From a virus (Duplodnaviria > Heunggongvirae > Uroviricota > Caudoviricetes), in the IMG/VR virus record IMGVR_UViG_3300032287_000839, positions 45,794 through 109,793 of that record: a stretch of 64,000 nt of DNA. One strand, written 5' to 3'. The first letter of the stretch is position 1. Each line of letters starts with the position of its first letter. Shown here piece after piece: positions 55,623 through 64,000 of this stretch. A program made the position numbers and the translations under genes. Under the pieces are notes generated by a model. The model was not told the DNA's origin and made no database searches. It saw only the letters and a program-made list of their open reading frames with translations.

Positions 55623-55961
55623 TTATGTAGTTTTTGTTTGGTTTATAAAAAGTTGGTTTCTTCTTTGTATTGTTATTATTCTATGACAATTTGCACATCT
55701 TACTTCACATTTATTCATTTCATTTGTTAATCTTTTTAAAGACCATGCACAATTTACAGCATGTGAAATATTTCCTTCTTTATTATCATTTATATGATCA
55801 AATTCTAGAACTCTAATATCTGTGTTTCCACAATCTACACAAGGATGATTATTTAAATAAGTTGTTACAAACTCTCTATTTCTTTTTTTACAAACCTCCC
55901 TAGAACTTTTTCTAGTGAGCCTTATAGTTTCTTCCCTATTCAAACTTTTATGTTTGCCCAT
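55623..55961 (-). CDS. free-standing HNH homing endonuclease
   Basis: CVDCGNTDIRVLEFDHINDNKEGN...CANCH (C..C...H..N...C..CH, the HNH core). The probable start is MGKHKS at 55961; the longer ORF to 56027 reads into a structured GC-rich island. Confidence 0.75.
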   Translation of the reverse strand: MGKHKSLNREETIRLTRKSSREVCKKRNREFVTTYLNNHPCVDCGNTDIRVLEFDHINDNKEGNISHAVNCAWSLKRLTNEMNKCEVRCANCHRIITIQRRNQLFINQTKTT

Positions 55962-56040
55962 ATGTAGTTTTAATATTTGCAGATGGTTCCCATCGAAGGG
56001 CATGCTGCTGGGAATTCCCCAACACATCCATCTGTAGTTT

Positions 56041-56089
56041 AGAAGATTCCCCCACTGGGATGTGGGGGGAATATCTTCTTATTTTTTTG
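56041..56089 (+). terminator. strong imperfect 15-bp stem-loop (AGAAGATTCCCCCAC / GTGGGGGGAATATCTTCT) followed by a T7 run on the plus strand
   Basis: Terminator-shaped on the plus strand. On the minus strand it lies 60 nt downstream of the major capsid gene stop, preceded by an A-tract. Confidence 0.4.
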
Positions 56090-56140
56090 CGAAACACCAG
56101 TGGTGTCAGTCTAAGAATACTATCCTTAGAGGGGCATTTA

Positions 56141-57694
56141 TTAGAATTGAGGAATTTCTTCAATCAATACTGTACGAGATAAATCCTCGATGAATACATC
56201 ACAACGATCTTTCATCCAGATTTCATATCCAGGGAATTTGTTCGCAGAACTCATACCTTGAGACTTAGCAAAACCTAAGTGGTGACGAGTACCATCGATA
56301 TAACCCCAAGTCATAGAAGGTGCACCCTTCATACGTACTTCACGGATATTGTTAACCATAGAACCATCAGACATTGGAGATACGTCAAACACCATAAATA
56401 CTGGAGTTGATTTCTTGTTTTGTCCAAATTCTAAGTTAGTTTGAGGTAAGTCTAATTCTTTCAAGTGAATTAATTCAACACGACCAGTCTCACGAGTAAC
56501 CATTGCATCGAATGCAAAGTTGTAAGTGATGTGTTGACCTTCTCCTTGTAAATAACGATTACCAGAATCAGCCATGAAAGTTAAACCTGAGTTTAATGCA
56601 TCATTCTTTAAAGCTTGTTGGAACACGTCAAAACCAGCTTCATTAGTGTACATTTTAACTCTACGATCCTTAACATCCACACGACGGTAGAATAAGTCAC
56701 CAAACACTGAACGAATCAAGTTTGCAGTGAACTCACCACGGTTGTATTGAACTAAGTTACCGTTATTTCTCATTCTGTGGTATACACCAGCAGAAGTTCT
56801 CTTTAATTCTTGCTTAGAACCATTAGTCTTCACGGTACCAGGCTTAGCCCAGATCATACGCTTAACTTTTAATTCTAACATTGATTTACGCATCCAGAAC
56901 TCAATAAATGGTTCCCACTTAACATCATTACGAGTTAAAGGTAATTGGTTACGTCTTTGAGGAGCATATACCAAGATATCTAAAGGTTTGCCAGAAGCAT
57001 CTCTCATCATCTTATCATCAGCCCACTCAGTGATTTTGTGCTCATAACCATATGCAGAACCTAAAGATTCAAACATTGTGATTTGCTCACCTAAACGAGG
57101 AAGACCTAATAAGTCTTGATCAAATTCACCGATAGCAGCATCAACCAATTCTAATTCAATACCTATTCTTAAGAAAGTAGGGCTTACGAAATCTACAACT
57201 GGATTGTCTGTAACTAAAGTGAAAGTATACAAATAACCAACGTTCCATGGTTGAGGATCTTTCACAACATAGAAACGAGGACCATATTGACGTGTACCAA
57301 CAGAAACGATAGCGTTCTTAGAGAACTCGTTTGTGTCAATAATCAATTGGAACTCTTGACCATCAATACCTGGCTTAGATAACTCTAAGGTTGTAGTAGG
57401 GATGTCAATGATTTTAGGGAATTTGTACGGAACTTGTACTTGCCACTTCCAAGCATCACTATTGTTATCGATATAGTAAGGAGTGCTCTTGTTAATCATG
57501 TCCAAGAAGTCATTACTGTAAAGAGAGCTCTGAGTATACAAGCTAATGATTTTCTTATCATAGTCTGCTGGCTCTGTAGAGTGAAAGCTTTCCAAGTGGT
57601 TCGAATCTGTTAATTTACCTACAGCACGCTTGTCCATAGAAGCTACTCTTGCGTAAGTAAAGCCAGTTAAACCTGGAATTGTTTGAATTGCCAT
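56141..57694 (-). CDS. candidate major capsid protein (517 aa)
   Basis: Call rests on position (after the scaffold-like gene, before the terminator) and size. No motif-level proof. Confidence 0.45.
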   Translation of the reverse strand: MAIQTIPGLTGFTYARVASMDKRAVGKLTDSNHLESFHSTEPADYDKKIISLYTQSSLYSNDFLDMINKSTPYYIDNNSDAWKWQVQVPYKFPKIIDIPTTTLELSKPGIDGQEFQLIIDTNEFSKNAIVSVGTRQYGPRFYVVKDPQPWNVGYLYTFTLVTDNPVVDFVSPTFLRIGIELELVDAAIGEFDQDLLGLPRLGEQITMFESLGSAYGYEHKITEWADDKMMRDASGKPLDILVYAPQRRNQLPLTRNDVKWEPFIEFWMRKSMLELKVKRMIWAKPGTVKTNGSKQELKRTSAGVYHRMRNNGNLVQYNRGEFTANLIRSVFGDLFYRRVDVKDRRVKMYTNEAGFDVFQQALKNDALNSGLTFMADSGNRYLQGEGQHITYNFAFDAMVTRETGRVELIHLKELDLPQTNLEFGQNKKSTPVFMVFDVSPMSDGSMVNNIREVRMKGAPSMTWGYIDGTRHHLGFAKSQGMSSANKFPGYEIWMKDRCDVFIEDLSRTVLIEEIPQF

Positions 57695-57731
57695 TTTTTT
57701 ATTGTTTTAAAATTTTTAATTTATATTTGTT

Positions 57732-59009
57732 TTATACAAACCAAGAAGTAGGTCTCGCTTGTGTTTTTCCTGATTTGACTGAACTCTTCTGAGCTTGTCT
57801 AGCTACCTCACCAAATAACTCGTTGGACTTTTTGGTAAGACCTGTCTTTTGAATGGTAGATAATGTAGGATCTTTTTCTAATATCTTTAGTAAAAGTCCC
57901 ACCTTAACTTTCTTCTCATGATTCTCAGGTCTCTTAAGGTCTAAGATAGTACGATCAAACTCTGTAAGCATTTCGCCTGTAGGGGTTTTGTATCTATCTG
58001 TAACCAGGAAATCTTGTAGTTCACCAGCAAGTTTTGGGTTCAAAGGAATACCATCAAACTCTTTAGCCTTCAATTTATCTTGAAGAACGTTATTAATATT
58101 AGCAACATATTGTTGTTTATATTGAGCTTGAGCTTGTAATTGTTGTTCCTTTTGTTGTTCTAATTGTTGAAGCTTAGCAGCTTCTTTCTTAACTAACACT
58201 TTGTGATGTTTAGTAGCAACCGATTCTAAATCACCGTAGTTTTTAAGTCTTTCAATCTCTGTTGTAACATCTTCAGGTTCAAATCCTTGATCAAGTAATG
58301 CTTGTTTAAGTATTGATACTTGATTAGTTTCATCTGCAAGATCCATCTCAGAGAAAGACTGTATTTTATTGAATGTGCCAAAATAGTCTTCAGGATGTAC
58401 TCCCTTTACAAATATGGCATCAAATGCTTGTTGATATTCTTCTCCAAATTGACCAATGAAGTTGTTTACCACTTCAATAGCTCCTTTCTTCTTCTCAGCA
58501 TTAAAACGCTCAAGGAATTGTTCAGGAGTGCTAATTGGTTCTTCTTCATCATCTTCATCTTGTGAAAATACACCTAGTTTAAATAAGTCTTTGGATAAAG
58601 AAGCAAATGTAGACTCAGGGGCATCCTCCTCATCATCACCATCTTCTTCCGTGGTTTCCTCGGTAGGTGCTTCAGCTTTTGGAGTTTTAGTTTTTGTAGG
58701 AGCAGGAGCTTCTTCTTCCTCTTCTTCAGCATCATCTCCTCCTAAAAGGAAATCCTGAAGGGATTTAGTAGACTCTTCTTTTTCTACACTATCAGTTTCT
58801 GTTTTAGCAGCTGCTGTTTTTTTAACAGGAGCAGAAGCAGGTTCAGTAGTTTTATCAGGAGCATTAATATCCTGAATATCATCTGGGTTAGTTGTAGAAG
58901 TTTCAGGACCCATTAAATCGTTTAATAGTTCTTGATTTCCCATTCCCATATCCATAGTATCTTGAATACTAAAGTTACCAAATGATTGGTTATCTAAATT
59001 CTCAGCCAT
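57732..59009 (-). CDS. candidate scaffolding protein, highly acidic with a C-terminal Q-rich coiled coil
   Basis: EEEEEEAPAPTKT...EEDGDDEEDAPE, then QQLEQQKEQQLQAQAQ. Located between the portal and capsid candidates. Confidence 0.45.
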   Translation of the reverse strand: MAENLDNQSFGNFSIQDTMDMGMGNQELLNDLMGPETSTTNPDDIQDINAPDKTTEPASAPVKKTAAAKTETDSVEKEESTKSLQDFLLGGDDAEEEEEEAPAPTKTKTPKAEAPTEETTEEDGDDEEDAPESTFASLSKDLFKLGVFSQDEDDEEEPISTPEQFLERFNAEKKKGAIEVVNNFIGQFGEEYQQAFDAIFVKGVHPEDYFGTFNKIQSFSEMDLADETNQVSILKQALLDQGFEPEDVTTEIERLKNYGDLESVATKHHKVLVKKEAAKLQQLEQQKEQQLQAQAQYKQQYVANINNVLQDKLKAKEFDGIPLNPKLAGELQDFLVTDRYKTPTGEMLTEFDRTILDLKRPENHEKKVKVGLLLKILEKDPTLSTIQKTGLTKKSNELFGEVARQAQKSSVKSGKTQARPTSWFV

Positions 59010-59129
59010 ATGTAGTTGTATTTATTTGGTTTTCAAGTTGTAAAAGTATAGTAAGTTAAATTAATAGCAAAGAGATAGAACACTATATGCCTTGATATTC
59101 AATATAATATAGCATTAATATTTTTTACT

Positions 59130-59660
59130 CTAATCTAATTTGTTAAGGAATGAATCATTTATGAACCTAAAACTTCTAATTGGAGCTAAGTCAGTCAGTG
59201 TAACTTGTTGAACTTCAACACCCCACTTTCTAGCTTCAACTCTAACTTTCTTAGTAAGAGTGTTATCTAGTTCACTATCTGTACACTCATCCATAGTCAT
59301 AGACATAATGACATTTTTTATAATACTTTGAGACATATCTGACAGGGCATCCTGAGCATCATACACCTCTAATAAGAATGTCTTCACGTCTGATATCTTG
59401 TATTTAATAACCCCCTTGACAACTATGTTCTGTTTATCAAGAGTGTATAAAGATTGAGCATTTAGACTTAATGTAGTTATTACTACATGTTGGTCTATCA
59501 CCTCATCAAAAAGAGGAATTTTTAAATGCATTCCAGGTTTGAGCACTGCTGAGAATCTACCAAACCTTAATAGTACAGCTTCTTCATAATGTCTGATAAT
59601 AATAACTGGGGTTAGTTGCAACCACCAGTTAGTTATTATCTCAATCAGTTTATCAAACAT
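59130..59660 (-). CDS. SPFH/band-7 (stomatin/prohibitin/HflK-like) domain protein lacking the C-terminal coiled coil
   Basis: Residues LLRFGRFSAVLKPGMHLKIPLFDEV...TMDECTDSELDNTLTKKVRVEARKWGVEVQQVTLTDLAP align by eye with bacterial QmcA/HflK SPFH cores (ERFGRY..L.PGL....PF.D...MELDE.L..R......L......WG..V....I.D..PP). Confidence 0.7.
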   Translation of the reverse strand: MFDKLIEIITNWWLQLTPVIIIRHYEEAVLLRFGRFSAVLKPGMHLKIPLFDEVIDQHVVITTLSLNAQSLYTLDKQNIVVKGVIKYKISDVKTFLLEVYDAQDALSDMSQSIIKNVIMSMTMDECTDSELDNTLTKKVRVEARKWGVEVQQVTLTDLAPIRSFRFINDSFLNKLD

Positions 59661-59662
59661 AT

Positions 59663-62242
59663 TTATTTGTTTTTGTTAGCTCTGCCCTTTGCATTCTCTT
59701 TAGCAACAGCAAGATCGTTCGCTTGGTTTTCTCTTTCCACCTGTAGCTTCTCTCTTTCTAATGCCATCTTTTCAGCTTCCTTTCTATTCTTATTTTGAAT
59801 ATCAGTCATTTTAAGTTGATAGTCTTTAGCAGCACTATCCTGATCATATTGTAACTTGCTGATTTCCAATGCATCTGGAACATCATTCATGTCTATATCT
59901 GGAAGACCTCCTTTAGATTCAGCCATGATTGTAGCAATCTCAACCTTATTAATTCTATCTAATTCTTTTTGGTAATCATCATTAGCAATTTTCTCTTGAT
60001 GCATTTGTTGAGCTTGTTGTAATGCAGCTTCAGCTTGTTGTTGCTGTTGTTCCAATTGTTGCTGTTGTTGTTGTATCTTTTGATCCTCCATCTGCTGTTG
60101 TCTATCTTTAAGTGTTTTGAACACCTTCTTCATTTGACGTACAGAGTTAGTGCTGTAAAGCTCAATGATATCATGTAAGCTTCCACCATTCTGAAGAACA
60201 GCTTGAGATAATCCTCTAATTTCGTTAAACATTTTCTGATCTTCTGGTCTGTTAGTCAAGAACACTTTAAGATCACGGAACTTAAGATCAGAACCATTAA
60301 CAGAAACAAATGCAGATTCTCCCTCAGATGTAATATAAGAAATAGTAGATTGTGGTTTAGAACTTTCTACATATAAAGCTGCATCAATAATAGATTGGTA
60401 TAATTGACCAAGAACATATTCATGAGCAGCAAATAAAGGCTCAGTTTGAGAGTAGGATTGTTGTATAGCAGTGTTTGTACCTGTAGCAGATTCACTGGCT
60501 GAAATAGATCCTAAACGCTGTTTAGACATACCTACTAACTCCCAACACTCTTGTTTCAATTGCATAGCTAGATTATATCTAGATTGAATCTCTTGCGTAC
60601 GTGTAAGGTCAATATCTCTAAACTGGTTAAATGATGATGGGCTCTTTAAGTTCTCAGGAGAGTCATCAATAAACATCACCCCTCTGTTACGTGCTTCCAT
60701 TTCCCATATATCAAGAGCATCTTGTGCATCTCCATCTTTAGGAATAGGAATGTGTCTAATAGATGTTAAATACACCTTACCCACCTCTTTCTCAAGAAGC
60801 TTATAAAGCTGATTCATACATACATTATATAACACCTGGAAAGGCTTCATTAAATCTACTAAAGACTTAGCCTCTGTATTCTTCACCTCATGAACTAATC
60901 CTATAATAGGACAATAGTTCAATAATTTAAACGGCTTGATATTATAAATATCTGGACCAATCTTGTATCCTTGATACCATTGGTTAATCCATCCCCACTC
61001 TAATGATTGCTGTGTAGGAACAGTTCCTGATTTATAGTTTTCATCAACAAGCATAGATTGCTCATTGCCCATCTCATCTAAATAGATTAATTTGCCAATC
61101 TTCTTCTTAGAGATCCAATAGGTTCTAACCACAACATATTTGTAACCAAAACTACTAACGTTTGACGTTAGCCCTAAGAAATCCTGAAGACCATCGTTAT
61201 TCTCCTTCATTTCAGATTCAATGATCATTCTAGTTTGTAGAACAAGAGGATCAAATGTATCATATTGAACTGAGTCTTGACCTGGAACAGCATTAGGATT
61301 GCCTAAGTTAGACTCACGCACATTGATCAAACCATAGTCTTGTAATGAACTACGTAAGTGATCTATTTCTTCTTTCTCTAAATCAGGGAATGTTTCAATA
61401 ATTTCAGATAATTCCATCACCTGTACAATACCAGCAGCATAAGCTCCTTGTGCTCTACCTGTAGTGTCTGAAATATATTTTCTATCTGGAGTGGTTAAAA
61501 AGAATGTATTTTTTGGGTTAGCCACCTCAACATTAAATCCAAGCTTAGAGTTATCCTCATATATATGATAGAACTCTCTAGCTGAAATCAATAAGTCTCT
61601 GAAGGCATCTTCTGATTTCTCCTTAAGAACAAACTCAGCTTTCTGTGATGTAAGAACGTGGTTAGCCCACTTCTCAGCTACAGATGTATAGCTATCAAGC
61701 TCATCTCTCACTTCCTCAAGAGTCATTTGTTGTAATTCCTCAGGCTCCATTTCTTGTCCATGCATAGCTGCATTTTCTTGAATCTTCTGTTTAGCTTGAG
61801 ATATTACATAGTCTTGAAGAAGTTGAGTTTTAAACTCAAGCTCTGCAGATTGACTATCATCATCAAAAGCCTTCACACGGAAAGCATCTGGTCTTTTAGA
61901 AATCTCTCCCACTAATTCGTTAAGAGGAGTGGTAATAATAGAATACATTTTTACATATGCTGGAAGCTGTAAGTCTGCTGTAAGTACATCAGTAAAGCTT
62001 CTCACCTGTGGTTCTTGGTAAAAGTCTTCCATGCGTAGGATTCCCTTAACCAAGTCATAGTTTTTAACAAATGTATCTCTGTTCTTCACATACTCAGCAT
62101 AAGCCTTGTTTGCAAAGTAGTCCATTGTGTTTTTAATCCAACTCTCATCTTGCTTCTCCTTCTCAGTCTTGAACTGATCAGGGAAGATGTTTAAATATGC
62201 ATACCTTATGGTAGCGTCTTTTGTATACCTTATAATTGCCAT
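59663..62242 (-). CDS. candidate portal protein (859 aa) with a C-terminal Q-rich coiled coil
   Basis: Sits immediately downstream of the large terminase. Size is typical of crAss-like or large podovirus portals. Confidence 0.5.
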   Translation of the reverse strand: MAIIRYTKDATIRYAYLNIFPDQFKTEKEKQDESWIKNTMDYFANKAYAEYVKNRDTFVKNYDLVKGILRMEDFYQEPQVRSFTDVLTADLQLPAYVKMYSIITTPLNELVGEISKRPDAFRVKAFDDDSQSAELEFKTQLLQDYVISQAKQKIQENAAMHGQEMEPEELQQMTLEEVRDELDSYTSVAEKWANHVLTSQKAEFVLKEKSEDAFRDLLISAREFYHIYEDNSKLGFNVEVANPKNTFFLTTPDRKYISDTTGRAQGAYAAGIVQVMELSEIIETFPDLEKEEIDHLRSSLQDYGLINVRESNLGNPNAVPGQDSVQYDTFDPLVLQTRMIIESEMKENNDGLQDFLGLTSNVSSFGYKYVVVRTYWISKKKIGKLIYLDEMGNEQSMLVDENYKSGTVPTQQSLEWGWINQWYQGYKIGPDIYNIKPFKLLNYCPIIGLVHEVKNTEAKSLVDLMKPFQVLYNVCMNQLYKLLEKEVGKVYLTSIRHIPIPKDGDAQDALDIWEMEARNRGVMFIDDSPENLKSPSSFNQFRDIDLTRTQEIQSRYNLAMQLKQECWELVGMSKQRLGSISASESATGTNTAIQQSYSQTEPLFAAHEYVLGQLYQSIIDAALYVESSKPQSTISYITSEGESAFVSVNGSDLKFRDLKVFLTNRPEDQKMFNEIRGLSQAVLQNGGSLHDIIELYSTNSVRQMKKVFKTLKDRQQQMEDQKIQQQQQQLEQQQQQAEAALQQAQQMHQEKIANDDYQKELDRINKVEIATIMAESKGGLPDIDMNDVPDALEISKLQYDQDSAAKDYQLKMTDIQNKNRKEAEKMALEREKLQVERENQANDLAVAKENAKGRANKNK

Positions 62243-64000
62243 TATGTAAACAATTTATTTCTTTTATATCTATTAGGGGATTTGCCAAACATCCCTGCTC
62301 TTGAATCTGTAAATAATATATTCCCTTGTTTCTTAGAGAACATTGACTTCACTCTCTCATCTCCTGATCCTCCCACCTTACCAATGATTGGGTCCATTTT
62401 CACTGCTTGAGCTATTGCAAGCTCAGCTGCAATGATACGGTCAAAGTTTCCTTGATCATTATATTGTATAATTTCCTCAAGGAGAACAGGATCAAATATC
62501 TTATTCACTCCTAGTGTTTCCCTTATCACCACACCATTTTCATCCTTCTCAATATATATTGCTTCTTCCATATAATGCTTTAAGCAGGTGTGAAGATAGT
62601 CAATTATTTTCTGACTTGAACGATGAATTCCATAATCTCTTCTTACAGTGGTTGCTGGAACTATTTCTTTAAGCCAATCTGGTTGTCTTTCTAGGTAGTG
62701 AGCATCTCCTTTACTCTTCATATATTCAATAAAGGATATATCATCATTTTCACAGAGCGTTCGTGCATTGTAGTATTTAATAAGGAATCTGGCTTGTTCA
62801 TTCCAGTGGTCCTTACTATCTGGTCTTGCACAATACGAAGCTACGAACATATCTTGATATTTCTCACCATTAATATCATGCATTCTTTTATAAATATACA
62901 CAGCTCCTAATGAGCTTGAATATGCTGATTGTCCTTGTCTATAAGGATCGACTCCTGCTACATATAATCCATATGCAGGATTTTCTACAGGGAACTCATA
63001 TATAACAATAGGTGCATCTTTGTTATCACTGTTCTTTAATGGAAAGTTTGTAATAGGAAGCTTATCTGTAAATTCATGAGCTATATTACTATTTTCATCC
63101 ATATATAATATGACAGGGGTTCCTGTTCTCTCCACCTGTTGTAGTCTAAACTTCTGTCTTTTAGCTGATTCAATATCAAAGATGTTAGTATCCTCATTCA
63201 AGAATATGTCATCCACTTCCATAGGATAGTACATCTTCTCCTTCAAATAAGCCACACGATCACCAGCTTTCTTAAGTCTTTCTAAGTTCTTATTAGTTAT
63301 CTCAAGAGCTTTTTCTTCATTACTTACAAGCATTTTAATCTGGTGTAAGTCTGATGTAGTAGGTTCATTTAGATATTCTCCAAGACTAGATTCCTCCTTT
63401 GCCTCCATTCTATATTTAGCAGGAATGAACAACCCATGTATACGTTGGTCATCTTTAGCATTATTATATGTAAGGAAATTGAAGTTGTCTACATCAAACA
63501 TTAAGCTCTTTGCATCCATGAATTTCTTCATGTCACCACCAGTACCAGTAAGAATTGGAGAGCATCCCCATCCATAGGGAGTTGTGAAACCTGGAATAGC
63601 AGCTTGTAAGCCTCTAAGGAAATTACCTTTACCAATCTCATCTATAATTAATTTACGTGGTTTTGTACCTGCAATTGCCTCTTCATTATTACCTTCATCA
63701 AGGTTACGTATTAGAATGGAAGAGAATGGGATACGTTCACCAGACTTGGTCTTTATACCTAGAGTCACTTGGTTCTTCCAGTTGTCCTCAATTCTCTGCC
63801 ATCTCCAATACTCAGGAATGAAATTCAATCCTTTGTCAATCTTATCAGTGATCAGTTTAATATCTGGGGCATTTAAGCCTGCAATAATATTCTGACTGTT
63901 CTCATCAAAGGTTGCACCCCATGCAATATAGGATGCTTCAAGAACAGACTTGGCAAAACGTCTAATACCTAGAATGACTAAGCCCCTCTTTTCTTGTTGA
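62242..64000 (-). CDS. terL: terminase large subunit, 5' end beyond the window
   Basis: Walker B LIIDEIGK. Nuclease motif VAGVDPYRQG. The frame stays open upstream of the reported 'M' (which is a TTG) and reads ...KRGLVILGIRRFAKS..., Walker-A-like, to the window edge. Confidence 0.8.
   Translation of the reverse strand, partial: QQEKRGLVILGIRRFAKSVLEASYIAWGATFDENSQNIIAGLNAPDIKLITDKIDKGLNFIPEYWRWQRIEDNWKNQVTLGIKTKSGERIPFSSILIRNLDEGNNEEAIAGTKPRKLIIDEIGKGNFLRGLQAAIPGFTTPYGWGCSPILTGTGGDMKKFMDAKSLMFDVDNFNFLTYNNAKDDQRIHGLFIPAKYRMEAKEESSLGEYLNEPTTSDLHQIKMLVSNEEKALEITNKNLERLKKAGDRVAYLKEKMYYPMEVDDIFLNEDTNIFDIESAKRQKFRLQQVERTGTPVILYMDENSNIAHEFTDKLPITNFPLKNSDNKDAPIVIYEFPVENPAYGLYVAGVDPYRQGQSAYSSSLGAVYIYKRMHDINGEKYQDMFVASYCARPDSKDHWNEQARFLIKYYNARTLCENDDISFIEYMKSKGDAHYLERQPDWLKEIVPATTVRRDYGIHRSSQKIIDYLHTCLKHYMEEAIYIEKDENGVVIRETLGVNKIFDPVLLEEIIQYNDQGNFDRIIAAELAIAQAVKMDPIIGKVGGSGDERVKSMFSKKQGNILFTDSRAGMFGKSPNRYKRNKLFT

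Noticed and set aside
55948-56163. 71-aa ORF spanning the capsid gene stop and the structured island
   Set aside because: It reads through the terminator-like hairpin and palindromes. This is more likely non-coding structured sequence.
58456-58758. Plus-strand Ser-rich 100-aa ORF
   Set aside because: It is antisense to the acidic (E/D-rich) scaffold gene. It is a compositional mirror artefact.
1-64000. CRISPR arrays, tRNAs, integrase or attachment sites
   Set aside because: No direct-repeat/spacer arrays, no cloverleaf-sized intergenic gaps and no tyrosine or serine recombinase motifs were seen. Intergenic regions are short, apart from the promoter and terminator gaps described.

Overview
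This window looks like ~64 kb of a tailed dsDNA phage genome, most likely a podovirus and possibly crAss-like, from a Bacteroidota host (Flavobacteriia-like). It is AT-rich and tightly packed. Host phylum is inferred from four promoters matching the Bacteroidetes sigma-A consensus (TTTG, 19-21 nt spacer, TAnnTTTG) and from a T9SS C-terminal sorting domain on one encoded protein. About 40 genes sit on the minus strand and one on the plus strand. The minus-strand operon reads from high to low coordinates. It starts with the large terminase, which runs off the right edge; the reported 'M' at 63828 is an internal TTG. Next come a candidate portal, an SPFH/band-7 domain protein, an acidic scaffold-like protein and a candidate major capsid protein. 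A free-standing HNH endonuclease follows the capsid gene behind a GC-rich, palindrome-dense island. Then come mid-sized structural genes and a fiber cluster. The fiber cluster holds a tail-collar-domain fiber, an 80-aa 'anchor-only' mini-ORF and two paralogous N-domain fiber proteins, with a metallophosphoesterase among them. A run of giant proteins follows (1830, 1397, 1114, 886, 3808 and 1642 aa). The 3808-aa protein carries a DFDID motif, so it is a candidate crAss-like virion RNA polymerase. The 1397-aa protein has an HExxH motif. Next is a 1010-aa collagen-like (G-T-S)n fiber with a C-terminal S74 chaperone domain. The only plus-strand gene encodes a two-domain GT4 + GT9/BAHT-like glycosyltransferase with its own promoter and a bidirectional terminator. 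The lysis cassette has an i-spanin-like protein, a holin-like protein, a GH19-type endolysin and polybasic mini-proteins on both sides of the endolysin. The left end encodes secreted, lipo- and membrane proteins, including a protein that is essentially a signal peptide plus a T9SS CTD. The most interesting candidate system is phage-encoded glycosylation. The bifunctional glycosyltransferase sits between the fiber and lysis genes, and the fibers carry poly-Thr/Ser linkers and a collagen-like repeat. All functional calls come from motifs read by eye in the ORF translations. No database searches were run.
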